From contig NC_134032.1 of NCBI RefSeq assembly GCF_964204645.1, positions 16,489,537 through 16,553,536 on the forward strand: a DNA stretch of 64,000 bases, in the 5' to 3' direction. This DNA comes from Tubulanus polymorphus (taxonomy: Eukaryota; Animalia; Nemertea). Positions within the stretch are counted from its first letter, which is position 1; each line of letters begins with the position of its first letter. The notes beneath the pieces were generated by a model. The model was not told the origin of the DNA. It did no database searches and saw nothing but the letters and a program-made list of their open reading frames with translations. The position numbers and the translations under genes were made by a program. Positions 1-13,150 of the stretch are shown in pieces.

Positions 1-691
1 AATTGAATGGTTGGAATATTCCGAGGGTATAAGAAGTGGCCACCAACAGGAAACCAATAGGTTCTGGTGTGGAATCAAGTTTAACGTTATCGCCTTGATA
101 TTCATTTTACTGAATCATCAAATATATATCATATACAAATCTGAATACTGCAAACACTACAGCGGATTATTCATGAAACTGTTTGAAACTCTATGGAAAT
201 CCGCGATTATTATCATCATTATTATATATATATATATATATATATATATCATTAAATCAGTCGCTCAGTCATTTACATATTACATATTACAATTCAAAAT
301 AAATTCATGGATTAGTTATGAGGTAGGGAGGGGGAGGGAAGGGAGGAGGGAGGGTATAGGGGGAGAGGTGAGTATTGATTTCGGTCACAGAATGATGAAC
401 AATATTGTATCAGTGACAACAATAACAACAATATACGCGGTGCATTTAGAAATTAAACTCTCAATTCAATGAGTTTTATATCAATATTCTAAACGTCATT
501 TTATATCATGAACCAAATCGTATAGACATCTAAACCCAACCCCCCCTCTCTCGCTAACGTCATCTATAGACTGATTACAAATCTGGAATTTTGAGAAAAT
601 TCTCTATATCGGGAAATATGTTCTAGTTATAGTACGATAACCAAACTCAAACGTGGTGAACAGATGATAAGATAATAACCCACTCAGTTAG

Positions 692-812
692 CCTGACGTG
701 ATCTTTAGGGTGAGATCGAAACGTCGTGTTCTTATATCTTAGATCGTTTCAATAAATAAATTCTCGATTTTAGATTTCTTTTCATTTGTAAATAGTGGCT
801 TTTTATCTTATG
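692..812 (+). mobile_element. Degenerate copy of hammerhead-bearing Penelope-type repeat
   Basis: CCTGACG-TGATCTTTAGGGTGAGATCGAAACGTCGTGT...AATAAATAAATTCT...ATAGTGG..TTTTATCTTAT is collinear with 29046-29160. Confidence 0.6.
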
Positions 813-2244
813 TTCATGTTATAAATTCGAATTTTACATCTGTATATTTGGATGCGCGCGTTATAAACAGTAGTGTTTTAGTTGCGGTAGATAGATAGAT
901 AGATAGACTCAACCAACACCTGGTATATTCACATTTCCTATATCATCAACTGCGTGATTTTTCTAGATAATTGAACAATCATTTCCTTGAATGAATATAA
1001 ATTCTACGCAGCTGATTTGTTGTTAAGTAATTGGTCGCGTTTCTATCTTTACAATAACTAATAAATGTTGTTCTGCCGCGATCGCCATTTTATAAATGAT
1101 ACTGGTGTAGTTAGTATAATGATGAATATCTGTAAATAGAGCTGCAGGAATGTTAGTAGTGATGAGGTTAATACTGCAGCTAAATTGACCTCATCTCTCT
1201 CATCGTCATCATCATCATACAGATTACAATCAGAGAATCATCTCCGTTTTGGGAACTGTTATTGCTAATTATCTCAAAAACTCAGTTTCTCAAATAAATG
1301 TATATGTTTTTAGGCGACAGTAAATTGAGATCTAGATTTGGAGTAAATTTCATGAGATTTTTTTCGAAAAGATTTTTCTGATTTTTAACAGGAAAATATG
1401 CGGATGAATGTTTTTTTAATAAACTGTGTTACTGCAGAACTGTCGGTTTTAGAATTTAGGTATGTGGTTTGTTGCGTGTAAATTGATCGCGGAGGCGACA
1501 GTTGTTTTCTGTCATACATCGACACCACTGATTGAACACATTATGCTATAGAAATATAAATATCGAGATAAATATTATATATTGTGTGAGAGAACAGTAA
1601 ACTGCGTATATGTGACGTCCGGTCTCCATTTCATCCGGTATGGTAAACATATGGTGCTGTAATCTCGTGGTTTCACGCGAGAATTTTTACCGTTAATCGG
1701 TTTAAATTTGAAACCGCACATATGTATTTTCATATACCTAACTCCTCTATCAGTCGTATAGCATACACTCACTCACTCAGTCAGTCAGTGTTTGTTTGAT
1801 GAAATACACTTTTCCGGGTTGATTTTCTATATTTTCCCAAACTGATAAATAAATGACGCGCACTCGATTCAGCTGGAAAATTCTCCATGTGATAATTTCA
1901 TATGTCTGCGTTTTATGCACACTTCTAAATCTATATATATATATATATATATAAAACATTCGTGTGCATTTCTATCTTAAATGAATTCTGTTCATTTCGT
2001 TAAATGTAAGTCTTTTCGGCACTTGATTATTTTGGAGCGAAAAACAGGTTTATGAAATACATCCATAATGATGAAGGTTCCCAATTCTAAAATGTCCTAA
2101 TTTTTGGAAAATAACTCTGGACTCGAAACAGAAACAACAATTCCCCATTTCGAGGAAGTATTTCAAAACAATTTAAAAAACAACCTGAATCATTGTGAAA
2201 ATATACATGATTTTTGTGAAATTTCGAAATCTATTTTCTCTTAC

Positions 2245-2418
2245 CTTTTCTAGATATTGATAACCTGTTTGTCGAGCGACCCTTCTGGCTACATGTTCCC
2301 CTCCGGTTATATGTACAGCCCATTCATTTGTATAATGTTCAAACGCATCTAAACCAACCACAAACAACAGCAACAGCAGCGGCGGGGCTAAAACTATCAA
2401 ACGGCCACATCTCCTCAT
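2245..2418 (-). CDS. Proprotein convertase (furin/PC1-3/PC5 subtilisin-kexin family), first coding exon: signal peptide plus start of S8 prodomain; gene continues left of the window
   Basis: MRRCGRLIVLAPPLLLLLFVVGLDA (signal peptide) then HYTNEWAVHITGGEHVARRVARQTGYQYLEK, matching the convertase prodomain start (F/YTNxWAVxIxGG...G F/Y); ends in phase-0 donor AAG|GTAAGA at 2245/2244, the position of the first coding intron in vertebrate furin/PCSK1. Paralogue cannot be assigned from 58 aa. Confidence 0.88.
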
Positions 2419-2640
2419 AATCTACCCGCAATTCAACTTAATAGCCAAAACTTTCCAAGTATCCTGAGTAAAATTTGGTTAATTTTTAAAGATTCGGCTC
2501 AGCCCTCGGTATACAGCTGGTTAGGAGTACAGACCAACAATCTACTGATGAAATAGTCTCTTTAGCATAACTATAAAATGATTATTATCTGCACCAGTGA
2601 CGATAGCGCGTGAGAGCTGATATACCCCTGTCCAGCTGTA

Positions 2641-2746
2641 TAATATATATATACCTCTAGTCTGTGCGCCGTCCGTTCATTCACTTCATTCGCGCCAGAG
2701 CGAGTGACGTCACACGCGAGCGCGACGCGCGCGCGCGCGTCACGTG
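2641..2746 (-). promoter_or_regulatory. Candidate core promoter of the convertase: TATA-like run, perfect CRE, overlapping half-CRE/E-box
   Basis: TATATATA run at ~2641-2653; palindromic TGACGTCA at 2705-2712; CGTCACGTG at 2738-2746 inside a CG-rich patch, ~230-330 bp upstream of the ATG. Confidence 0.5.
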
Positions 2747-5353
2747 GCTGGTAATTAACAAGTTCCGTAAAACTAAGAACTGACGACCGAGAGAAGCGAG
2801 AAATAGTGTTAATAATCACCGCACACAGTTCAATCATATACTACCGGACACAAATACCTTGTGATAATAGAGAGAGAGAGAGAGAGAGAGAGGTGGTACC
2901 ACCCTCAGCCTACTGACTGCCTGCCTGCCTTATCCATACACTATCCCCGGCAGCAGCAGGCACCTGTCGTTTGTTATAATATCTATCAATATTCACTTAG
3001 TTTATTATATTCCACACGGTTTCGATTTTTTTTCTAAGCGCCGTTCAAAGCGTTCTGTTTATAGCCTCCTCACAACGGGCGGTTCGTTTAGCCTGTATCC
3101 TGTACAGCTTGTACAACTTCGACTAACTAACCGACCAGAACTGGGTGTAGTCCACCATAGATAGATATATATGAATATGTATCAGTCCCGTACTGTTTTG
3201 CTCTGAAGCTGGTTCACTATAGTAAACATAGAACAGGCGCCGCCGCATCAGGCGCAATTATTACACAGTTTACAGTCGCAACCAGGACGCAGCGTGCGCG
3301 ATTAAACTACGATTACCAATAATCATCGTTTACTCTTACACTCTATTGTTATACGCTACACGATTGGTTTTGTTTGACTGTAGCGGAACAGTTACTCGTC
3401 TTCTCCGGGCAAAATAAACCCGAACAACAACTAACGCAGTCAATATTGACAATCAATACGCCAGGGTATGCAGTAGGTCAGTTTAATTTGCGCAAAATCG
3501 AGAAGTTTTCACCCGCGCCGAGACCCCTTTTACTACTAGTCGAATCTCTACGGTATTTTTCTATATTCACCGGCGCGAAACTGTTTTCAGTTGTGAAAAA
3601 CGTTGCGTTGTTTATAGACGGATTTTTTCTCTGTAAAACTGTGCGCCTAATTTCACGATGTCGTTAAATGTAAAAAAAAATTCATCCGGAAAAATCTAAA
3701 ACGTGATGGGAAGTAAAAATGAACAATTCTTTTCATCATTGTTATTTGCCCCGAAACGAAAGTGAAATTTAAACACTCCTCCCAGGGTGTATAACCTCCC
3801 AGGGTGTATAACCTCCCAGGATGTATAACCTCCCTGGTAGTACGACCTCAAACATTATTTTACCTTTTATAGAGGTTTTTACAAGTTCTGCATTATTCAC
3901 TATTATCAGAAATCTATAAAGTGATGAAAAAATATAGTGATATAATTATATTTAAATCGATATTGCAGACGCCAGGTAACCTGACTAGTATCACTACTAT
4001 AATAGTAAACTATATAGTATCTGTATATTTGTTATTGGCAATGTGGATCAAACCAAAGTTCTACATGTACAGTAAAAGTAAATCTGGCAGATTTATCGTG
4101 GGATTTCTCACGCGCTCCAAGGAATGTCATGACGAAAGAAAAGAGAAAAAACACATGCTTTTAAAAATCAGAAACTAAAGTTTTATCCACATTGCCAATT
4201 AACTGCCTATCCAGAACGAGGCTGGCGAATAATCGATAAAGATCAGACGATTTTATTGTTGTCTGTTGGTATGGTAACGACTTTACTAATTATAGAAAGA
4301 TTGAAAGTCACGATGAGCAATTATTGCATCGTTAATGTGTTAATAACATCTGCTAAGAGTATCGATTGATTGATCGATCGATTGATTGATTGATGCGAGT
4401 CAGTGCGCGCAAACGAACTCAATTAATTGGGAGATGATCACAGAGTGAAGAGTGGAGGGAAAATAGGAGAGAGGGGAGATGAGCGGGAGGGGATGGAGAG
4501 GAGGGAGAGGAGGGAGAGGAGGATGTGGTACCTTCAAACGCTAATCATTAACTTTCATTCATTAAACAAAACCTTGCTACAGAACATCTTTTAGTGCCAC
4601 TACAGAGGCGAATTAGGCGAATTAGGAATAAAGCGAATCTGGTGGCACCATCTACCGACAGAACAAGTAAACAATAGTTATACCGTAGAAATAATAATCT
4701 AATTGTTTATGATGCGCTATCTTATAAAACAGTCGTCGTGCTGGGGTTACATTGAAATATTGTTTAATTGACAACGATTATGATAATATAATTGTTATAA
4801 TACAATTAGAAAAACAAGAACATAAAATAAGATAGTAGAATAATAACAAACCTTCTTAAACAGATAAAACGCACGTCCCATTTCACTGAGTTCCAAACTT
4901 ACCGTTCATAAATATCTACATTTTTAATCGATATAATGCTTATATTTTTAGTTAGGTGTGGTTTAAGCGCAATCTGCTGTTGAATATCTCTGGTATAAAT
5001 GGAATATGTTGAATTCGGTCGTTTCTTTTCCGCTTGTAGCTGATCTAATCTCCCGAGTTTTGCTATATATTTCATGATCAAATTTCTTATCAAATCTATG
5101 AAGGTTAAACAAACGTACGCAATCTGAATGACGGATACAGATATTCAGGTCTAGTCGTTCAATTGTGATAGCTAAGTTTCGCATATGCCTAGATAAGGAT
5201 TAACTTGTAAAGTCGTATGAACCAGTTTTTATGCAATGTGCAAGTCAATTTTGAAACTAATCGTAATTGTATAATATAGTCATATGTACGCGTTAACTTA
5301 ATGTAGAGATTTCGAGGATGTAGTCAGTGTAGTGTTAAAGAGTTGTGACAAGT

Positions 5354-5547
5354 CTAGTGCTAGGGTTGTGATCAGTGTAGTGCTAGGGTTGTGATCAGTG
5401 TAGTGCTAGGGTTGTGATCAGTGTAGTGCTAAAAGGTTGTGATCAGTGTAGTGCTAGGGTTGTGATCAGTGTAGTGCTAGGGTTGTGATCAGTGTAGTGC
5501 TAAAAGGTTGTGATCAGTGTAGTGCTAGGGTTGTGATCAGTGTAGTG
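5354..5547. repeat. ~23-bp minisatellite (AGTGTAGTGCTAGGGTTGTGATC) x~8 ending 15 bp before HYKK ATG
   Basis: Direct inspection. Confidence 0.9.
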
Positions 5548-5562
5548 TGTAAGTAATTGGCG

Positions 5563-7580
5563 ATGTCGAATAAAAGGATCCCAGTATCCGTTACTGATGT
5601 TAAACGATTTATAGTCGATATTTACGGATTTCAACCGGTTGAAATTCGACCTTTTTCCGGAGGTTTCGACGACGCAAATTTCTATGTAAAACACGAAAAT
5701 GGAATTGATGAATTTGTTCTGAAAATTCTAAACTCAAGACAGTCGAGAGAACCTTCTCAAACAGGTATCAATATAACTTATATATTCATTACAATTTAAC
5801 GACATCAATTTAGAATAGAATGTTTCTATTCAAGTTTCATTTTGATGGATGATTTTATCGACTGAATTTTTCGGAATATTTCTTCTAATATCGATAATAT
5901 CGATGCTATGTTTACAGTTGCTCGAGTTGGCGTAATGAATTATCTGGTTGATTGCGGTATTCGAGCTCCTAAAATCATCCAAACTAAACACACACGACAG
6001 TTTTATACTATTACAGATATTCAATACCAAGCAGGTAACCAGCTTTTCAACGACCTCTGTGGACTAATGGCTTAACTTACAAGGCTTGCGTGCTGGAGGC
6101 CGCCGGTTCGAGTCCCGCTAGGGTTAGGGTTAGCGTAATAGTGATCTAGGGTTAGGTTTATAGTTAGAGCCAGGGTTACCAGCGAGCAAGCCTATGGATT
6201 TTTATGGTATTTTTTGGTCCAGTGAGGTATTTTTGTCTCTTTTTTATAACTACCTTTTTTTAACTACCCTCGTACGTTTCTAGTAGATGCAGCAACTGAC
6301 CGCCAGATGGCGAGTGTGATTTAGACATATCGTAGCCGGCGGAGGCTCCCACAGTTGAATACATAATAAAAATGATATTCTGTTGTAGATGGTAAAACAA
6401 TGAATGAAGTGGAATCGAACTGTTCTAACGATTCTTTACCTGGTGGTGAGTGTGGAGAGAGTGGGAGACATTTGATCTGGTTACAGAACTACATCCTCGG
6501 AATCGCATACGACAGCGACCACGTGGAAACCACGTTACAATTATATTTTGAAATCGGAAAATTTGCTTCCTCGCTTCATAAACATTTATTGGTAAGCAGA
6601 GTGTAACTTCCGTCCTCACCACTCCCCCGCCTGGGCTCGCAATGGAACTACCGTCCTCCCATTCCCCCCCTGGGCTCGCGATGGAACTGTTCTCCTCCAC
6701 CATTCCCCGCCTGAGCTCGAATCAGTTTAAAGTCATTATTCAATCTTTAAGTGAAACTCTAAGAAAGCTATAGTGTATTATTTCACTGACTCATGTGTGA
6801 CTATTTTCAGAATTGCGCAGATAGTTTGAAGTCAACTCTAAATGTAATCGGTGAATGGAGTTTAATGAATGTCGTGAATCAACGATATTTACTGAAATCA
6901 GTTAGAAATATTAAACAGCGTGAATTACTCGATGAAATCGTTACACAGTTCGAACGTGTTGTTGTTCCACAACTCGCTAGGTGTCGCGCAAGTAAATATT
7001 CTTAATCAGGGTAGATCTCTTGTTTAACAGTAGACTGCGCGCGCGGTGTTACAACAAGTGAATTCTAGTGTAGTTAGAAGTAGTTAGCTTTATGGCAAGC
7101 CGCATGCAGTCTTTGTACTGTATTTAACATTCAGTTTAAAGGAATAGTTGTTTTCGTTTTTTAGGTATTGTTCACGGGGATTTGAACGACGAAAATTTAC
7201 TCCTAACTCGAGATAACTCCGATAGATGGCGTCTGGAATGTTTCATAGATTATGGAGATTGTATCTATTCCTATACGATATTAGATATAGCAATAGCGAT
7301 CATGTATTTTACATGTTTTAACAAAGGTCACGATATTTTTGATATCGTTCGAAATATTCTAGCCGGTTATTTGTCGAATTTAGATATTGCCGAAACGGAT
7401 CGATCGGTGCTGAGAATCTGTATCTGTGCTCGTTACGCTCAGAGTTTAATGATGGGAATAAACACATTCGAGGAAGATAAAACAAAAACATACGCGCTAA
7501 AAATACCGACAATTGGCTGGAGTCGATTAGAAAAATTGTGGAACGCCACCGCAGACGAGCAGTCGAAATGGTGGCCATAA
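5563..7580 (+). CDS. HYKK: Hydroxylysine kinase-like (APH/choline-kinase-fold phosphotransferase), 5 exons
   Basis: Exons 5563-5764, 5918-6034, 6389-6591, 6811-6991, 7165-7580 join in frame via GT-AG introns. Motifs: GGFDDANFYV, FVLKILN (catalytic Lys), IVHGDLNDENLL (Brenner motif), FIDYGD, DIAIAIMY, ICARYAQSL, all typical of HYKK/AGPHD1. Confidence 0.88.
6056..6180 (+). mobile_element. tRNA-derived (SINE-like) head followed by TTAGGG-like repeats, in HYKK intron 2
   Basis: Degenerate A box TGGACTAATGG, B box GGTTCGAGTCC (6105-6115), then CTAGGGTTAGGGTTAG; similar to 25321-25442. Confidence 0.55.
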
Positions 7581-7632
7581 TCAATATAGAAAAAAACTCA
7601 CTTTCCTTCGGTCGTTTCTTCAATACGAAAAT

Positions 7633-7698
<66 letters not shown>

Positions 7699-9132
7699 GT
7701 TACGGTCGCCATTTTGTTTCAACCAGAAACCGACTCAACTCTAAATGTTTTCGGTGGCCAGGTATTTGAAATAGATATTTGATTGAATTTTATGTAAATA
7801 TCCCAGATTTATTTTCTTCAAGCGATGAACTCTCTTCGAGGCCCAGTTTCACCACAGTTTCTCCTTTCTTCTACCTTTGTTTCACTTCAATCCTATTGTT
7901 AGTTTTCCTTAGAAGTAAATATGTCTGTTTAGTTATGGCTGAAATGGCTGTTAGTGTTGTGATAACATGGGCTTCGCTTGGAGAATAAGGCCCTTTTCGA
8001 TTTGACCGATTTCACCGGTTTGAGCTATAGTCAATACTGTTGATCTCGTACATCATAGTTCGTTTTTTGTTTTTGAATAATATATTCTGAATGCACTACG
8101 ATATGTTCTTTGTCGGTGTGCCCCCATCACGCGGTGTGCCCCCTCACGCGGTGTGCCCCCTCACGCGGTGTGCCCCCATCACGCGGTACTCACATCAGCT
8201 CTCAGGGTCAATCATCCATCTACTGACCATTGTGTAATCACGTGGATAAAAATAATCAGAGGCTCAGAGAAAGATGAAAGAATAGTTGTATTCGTGTGAT
8301 TAGTGGCGACTAGTGAGAATTCGAGTGGAGGATTACTGCATCTTACTGTTATAATCATCATCCAGCAGGCTGCCACACTGCAGGCTGCCACATTGCAGGC
8401 TGTACGCAGGACCGGGGCTGCTGGTTATCTTCTCTTCTCTCTTGTCTCTTCTATCTTTTGTCCCATGAGCCCCAGTAGAATTATGTTTTATGTATGTTTG
8501 ATATGCCGAATATCGTGGATAGTAGGAAGAGAGTGAGAGAGAGAGGCAAAGAGAGCTAGGCGCACTGTGTGAATTGATGTGTATCTTTAAACGACTGATA
8601 TGAGATTCACTCTCTGAGTAGTTAATGGCTTCTTCTTCCCTCGCTTCCCTCACCCCATATACAATAATGTGTATGCATTATTTAACTACCAGTCGTAACA
8701 TCAACATCTTTCATTGCATTTTGTGCTGTGCGAATCGAGACGACACGATTCGTGTATGAGATCTCACTAACTTGTGTTAATCTTCACGAATCCCGAAATA
8801 AACGCAAACTGTATAAACTACTTGTAAGAAAAAAAAAAACATGAGGATTTTATATCGATATTTAGAAACGAATTAAACTATAATCGGTTTCTCAAAAACG
8901 GATCTAAAGTAGTGACGACAGTTAAAGGTGTGTATCAGTGAGGACAGGTCTGTGTCAGTGAAAGTTCTAGGAACTGCGGTCTAATTTCGAGTGGAATTTC
9001 AGGTATGTTTCTCTAATTCGGTGAAGAATTTGAATCAGATGTGAATTTTCACATCACACGCTCAGTATCTACACATTCTAATTATTTATAATCTATCTTT
9101 GCTCGTATTTCGACCTCTCGTCTCTCGTGCCT

Positions 9133-9710
9133 GTCCCTCCGACTCCCTGTGTCACCCTCCGTCTCCCTGTGTCACCCTCCGACTCCCTGTGTCACCCTCC
9201 GTCTCCCTGTGTCACCCTCCGACTCCCTGTGTCACCCTCCGTCTCCCTTCGTCTCCCTGTGTCTCCCTCCGACTCCCTGTGTCACCCTCCGTTTCCCTGT
9301 GTCTCCCTCCGTCTCCCTGTGTCTCCCTCCGACTCCCTCCGTCTCCCTGTGTCTCCCTCCGCCTCCCTGTGTCTCCCTCCGTCTCCCTGTGTCTCCCTCC
9401 GTCTCCCTGTGTCTCCCTCCGTCTCCCTGTGTCTCCCTCCGTCTCCCTGTGTCACCCCCCGACTCCCTGTGTCACCCTCCGTCTCCCTGTGTCACCCTCC
9501 GTCTCCCTGTGTCTCCCTCCGTCTCCCTGTGTCTCCCTCCGACTCCCTGTGTCACCCTCCGACTCCCTGTGTCACCCTCCGTCTCCCTGTGTCACCCTCC
9601 GTCTCCCTGTGTCTCCCTCCGTCTCCCTGTGTCTCCCTCCGTCTCCCTGTGTCTCCTTCCGTCTCCCTGTGTCTCCCTCCGTCTCCCTCCATCTCCCTCT
9701 GTCTCCCTGT
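9133..9710. repeat. 20-bp pyrimidine-rich minisatellite (CCCTCCGTCTCCCTGTGTC[A/T]) x~29
   Basis: Direct inspection; explains overlapping ORFs 9099-9864. Confidence 0.92.
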
Positions 9711-10134
9711 GCCTAATTTCTACCTCCCAGGTTTAGATACATATATATTTATAAGCGAGAATGATGAGAATGAGACTGCAGTGAGATGGATTGAGGGAGA
9801 CACAATGTGTGGTTCTATAGCAGTGACGGGACTGTTTATCTCAGTCCTCGCTCGATTGAATTGAATGGGCCACCACGGCAATCAGCGGCAATCAGGTTTT
9901 ATCAATGGGCCGTTTCTCACAGGGAGAGGTTGGGAGAGGTTGGGAGGTTTGGGAGGTTGGGAGAGGGGGTATCGTGTTACTTAATTATGTGGTTTTTAAT
10001 GTTTTGTGTGGCGCCGATGAATGAGAACAGTTTTATAGATATAAACAGTTGTTTGATTAATCTTACAATAGAGCAGTAACAACAGTCAGTCATTCAGTTA
10101 GTCAGTTAGTCAGTCAGTCAGTCAGCCAGCCAGC

Positions 10135-10184
<50 letters not shown>

Positions 10185-10880
10185 TGAACTTTTCGTCTCC
10201 CCTCCCCCTCCACTAACAGTCAATCTGTTTGTGATCGCTGTGAAGTTTTCGTGGCTCCGACGAAATTTCGTTTCATTTGAGAAAATGATCACGTCTTGTA
10301 GATTACTGCGGTTAAATTAACCTGAAAGTTGACACGATGTCAGAGCGCAGTCGACACGCAGGTTATCAACAGATATATCAGTCACAGCGATGATGTTTAG
10401 CATCATTACTCTGTCAAGGGAAGATAATTCTCTAGTCTCCGTGGAAGCTTCAATGACTCGAGGAGAGACGAGAAATTACGAGGTAATAGTATCTGTAAGG
10501 TCACTCGGACCAACCCGAGGGAACATCTCTACAGGAGTATGGGGTTGTGGTCTAGGTCACGTGGAGCACCCCCCGGTTACCGGTGGTTCGAAGTTGATTA
10601 GAGTTTTTCCCGTGAAATTCCCGAGTCACGTCGAACACCACGTGACAGTGTCTTATAAAACTAATTCATTCTATCTCTCAATAGCGCACCTGCTACACAC
10701 TGTAGCGTTAACTGTATCTGCTGCTGTTCCTGCTGTTACTGGAGGGGGCTGTCAGGTCTGGTTCATTCACCCGTTAAGTACTGAACGCGATCCGAGAAGC
10801 AGTTTCGAGTGAAATAGAAAACACATTTTTAACAGAAGTGTTTTGTAAAAGGTTTTATCACACACTCCAAGAGGAACCTC

Positions 10881-11235
10881 TTCGGGAGGGAATCCCCTCG
10901 GACGGGTATCACCTCGGGCGGGTATCACCTCGGGAAGGTATCACCTCGGGAGGGAATCCCCTCGGGCGGGTATCACCTCGGGAAGGTATAACCTCGGGAG
11001 GGAATCCCCTCGGGCGGGTATCACCTCGGGAGGGAATCCCCTCGGGCGGGTATCACCTCGGGTGGGTATCACCTCGGGGAAACCTTGTCACAGGGCGAGA
11101 CTGGATGACCCGGGACCAACCTCAAAATTCTGGAGGAATTCCGGCGGGTTACGGTATGTACGGACGGGTTACGGTATGTACGGACGGGTTACGGTATGTA
11201 CGGACGGGTTACGGTATGTACGGACGGGTTACGGT
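10881..11235. repeat. Two adjacent minisatellites: ~16-bp CCTCGGG(A/C)GGG.. units (10881-11080) and 20-bp CGGGTTACGGTATGTACGGA (11145-11235)
   Basis: Direct inspection. Confidence 0.85.
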
Positions 11236-11787
11236 GTAATGTATGAGAGATAAACTCAGTTCGGGTGAAGAACCTAATTCCAAATTAGCTATAAGCGCGC
11301 ATACACGCACGGACAGTGATAGACTCATCTTCTTTACACGATTCTTCATCCAACTGGAAAAACAGTCCATAATAAGTGTCTATACCGGCGTCGGTAGCCG
11401 CTCACGCCCGCTCCTCACTGACTGACTGACTGTTACAATTCAATTATACCACGAGAGATGAGAGAGAGAGAGCGCAGGTCGAACAGACTAATCCCATTAC
11501 TAACTTACATATAGACGACGTGTTACACCGAACCAAACGAAATAACATCTTCCCTTCTCCATCTCTCAGTCCCCTCCCTCTCCCCTCCCTCTCCCCTCTC
11601 TCCCCTCCCTCTCCCTCTCCTTCGCTCAGCCCCCTCCCTCTCCCCTCCCTCTCTACCCTCCCTCCCCTCCCTCTCCCTCTCCCTCTCTCAGTCCCTCCCT
11701 CTTTCACCTCCCTCTCCCCTCCCTTTCCCTCTCTCAGTCCCCTCCCTCTCTCACCCCCTCTCTCACCCCCTCTCTCGGCCTCCTACA

Positions 11788-12117
11788 TGGGGCGGACCCA
11801 GATGGAGGGGTACGTGGCGCCCCCTATTTTCTGCGGAGCAAATAATTTTTTCTAGCCACTTCTTGCGTTACTGAGGACCGAATCGTCATCGCCGAATAAA
11901 TTATTTTCTTTCTATTATATTGCAAAAGTGCGCTCAGAATGGACCATTACGCGCTTGGTGGGGGAGGCCAGATCCCCTGATGGTTTAACTAGTATCGTAG
12001 AGCGACGGAGATCAATGTGGAAACCACCACTTCGTGGACCGCGTGAAATATTATACAGTGACTTATTGATTTCATTTACGACCCCCTAAGTTTTTCCAAA
12101 TGCTGGATCCGCCCCTA
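11788..12117. mobile_element. Non-autonomous DNA transposon (MITE) with GGGGCGGA(T/C)CCAG terminal inverted repeats
   Basis: Left TGGGGCGGACCCAG, right CTGGATCCGCCCCTA, ~330 bp apart, no ORF; no clean TSD seen. Confidence 0.55.
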
Positions 12118-12726
12118 CACAGCCCTCTATCACCTCTTCTCTCCATCTGCCTCTGTCTGGTTACACTAGATCCAATACGAACAGTAAGACATGACCGGAA
12201 TAGTGATTCAGACATGGGTCATTTTTCATTTCGTTTAGCTTTAACAGTAATCTCAATAATGCCGCTAGTGATCCTAGCTGAGACGCTATAGCTCGCGCTA
12301 TCTACATCGCTACAGGCCACGCCGTCACTTCACTTTACAAAATCAATTTATATTGTCATCTTTATATCTTTATAGCCCGCGTTTACTCCGCCATTTTTAA
12401 TCCTAGTTTGACGAGTCAGAAAACTGCGAACATTAGATTTTGTCGTTCAGATTTCAGATTCATCGCGCATCTGGAGAGGCTGAAACATAAAACATGATCA
12501 CATTCAATTAAACCATATTGATTGATCTCTTCTCATATCTATAGTTGAATATATCTAGTGTTTTGTTATCACCGCTAGACGGGATCGACTGAGGGTAGGG
12601 GTTAGGGGTGTAATCTGATATGATATTGAATATAAAGCCTGTTTAAATGCTACGTAATTATTTTCGTAATGATTAGATATTTATTTAGGTTTCTCTTCGG
12701 GAATTGGGAATAGTTGAATATATCTA

Positions 12727-13150
12727 GTGGAACACACTCTAAGTGGAACTCAGTTCAGTGGAACACACTCTAAGTGGAACTCAGTTCAGTGGAACACACT
12801 CTAAGTGGAACTCAGTTCAGTGGAACACACTCTAAGTGGAACTCAGTTCAGTGGAACACACTCTAAGTGGAACTCAGTTCAGTGGAACACACTCTAAGTG
12901 GAACTCAGTTCAGTGGAACACACTCTAAGTGGAACTCAGTTCAGTGGAACACACTCTAAGTGGAACTCAGTTCAGTGAAACACACTCTAAGTGGAACTCA
13001 GTTCAGTGGAACACACTCTAAGTGGAACTCAGTTCAGTGGAACACACTCTAAGTGGAACTCAGTTCAGTGGAACACACTCTAAGTGGAACTCAGTTCAGT
13101 GGAACACACTCTAAGTGGAACTCAGTTCAGTGGAACACACTCGAAGTGGA
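12727..13150. repeat. 31-bp minisatellite (GTGGAACACACTCTAAGTGGAACTCAGTTCA) x~13.5
   Basis: Direct inspection; nearly invariant units. Confidence 0.93.

Noticed and set aside
11-472. 153-aa ORF at window start
   Set aside because: Contains (AT)n and GA-rich low-complexity sequence, no recognisable domain, lies antisense in the convertase first intron.
9099-9864. Long Pro/Ser/Cys-rich ORFs in three frames
   Set aside because: Translation of a stop-free 20-bp repeat; no gene structure.
12727-13150. CRISPR-like appearance of regular 26-38-bp arrays (also 15531, 31901, 58491)
   Set aside because: Units are contiguous and identical with no unique spacers, no cas genes, eukaryotic context; these are minisatellites.
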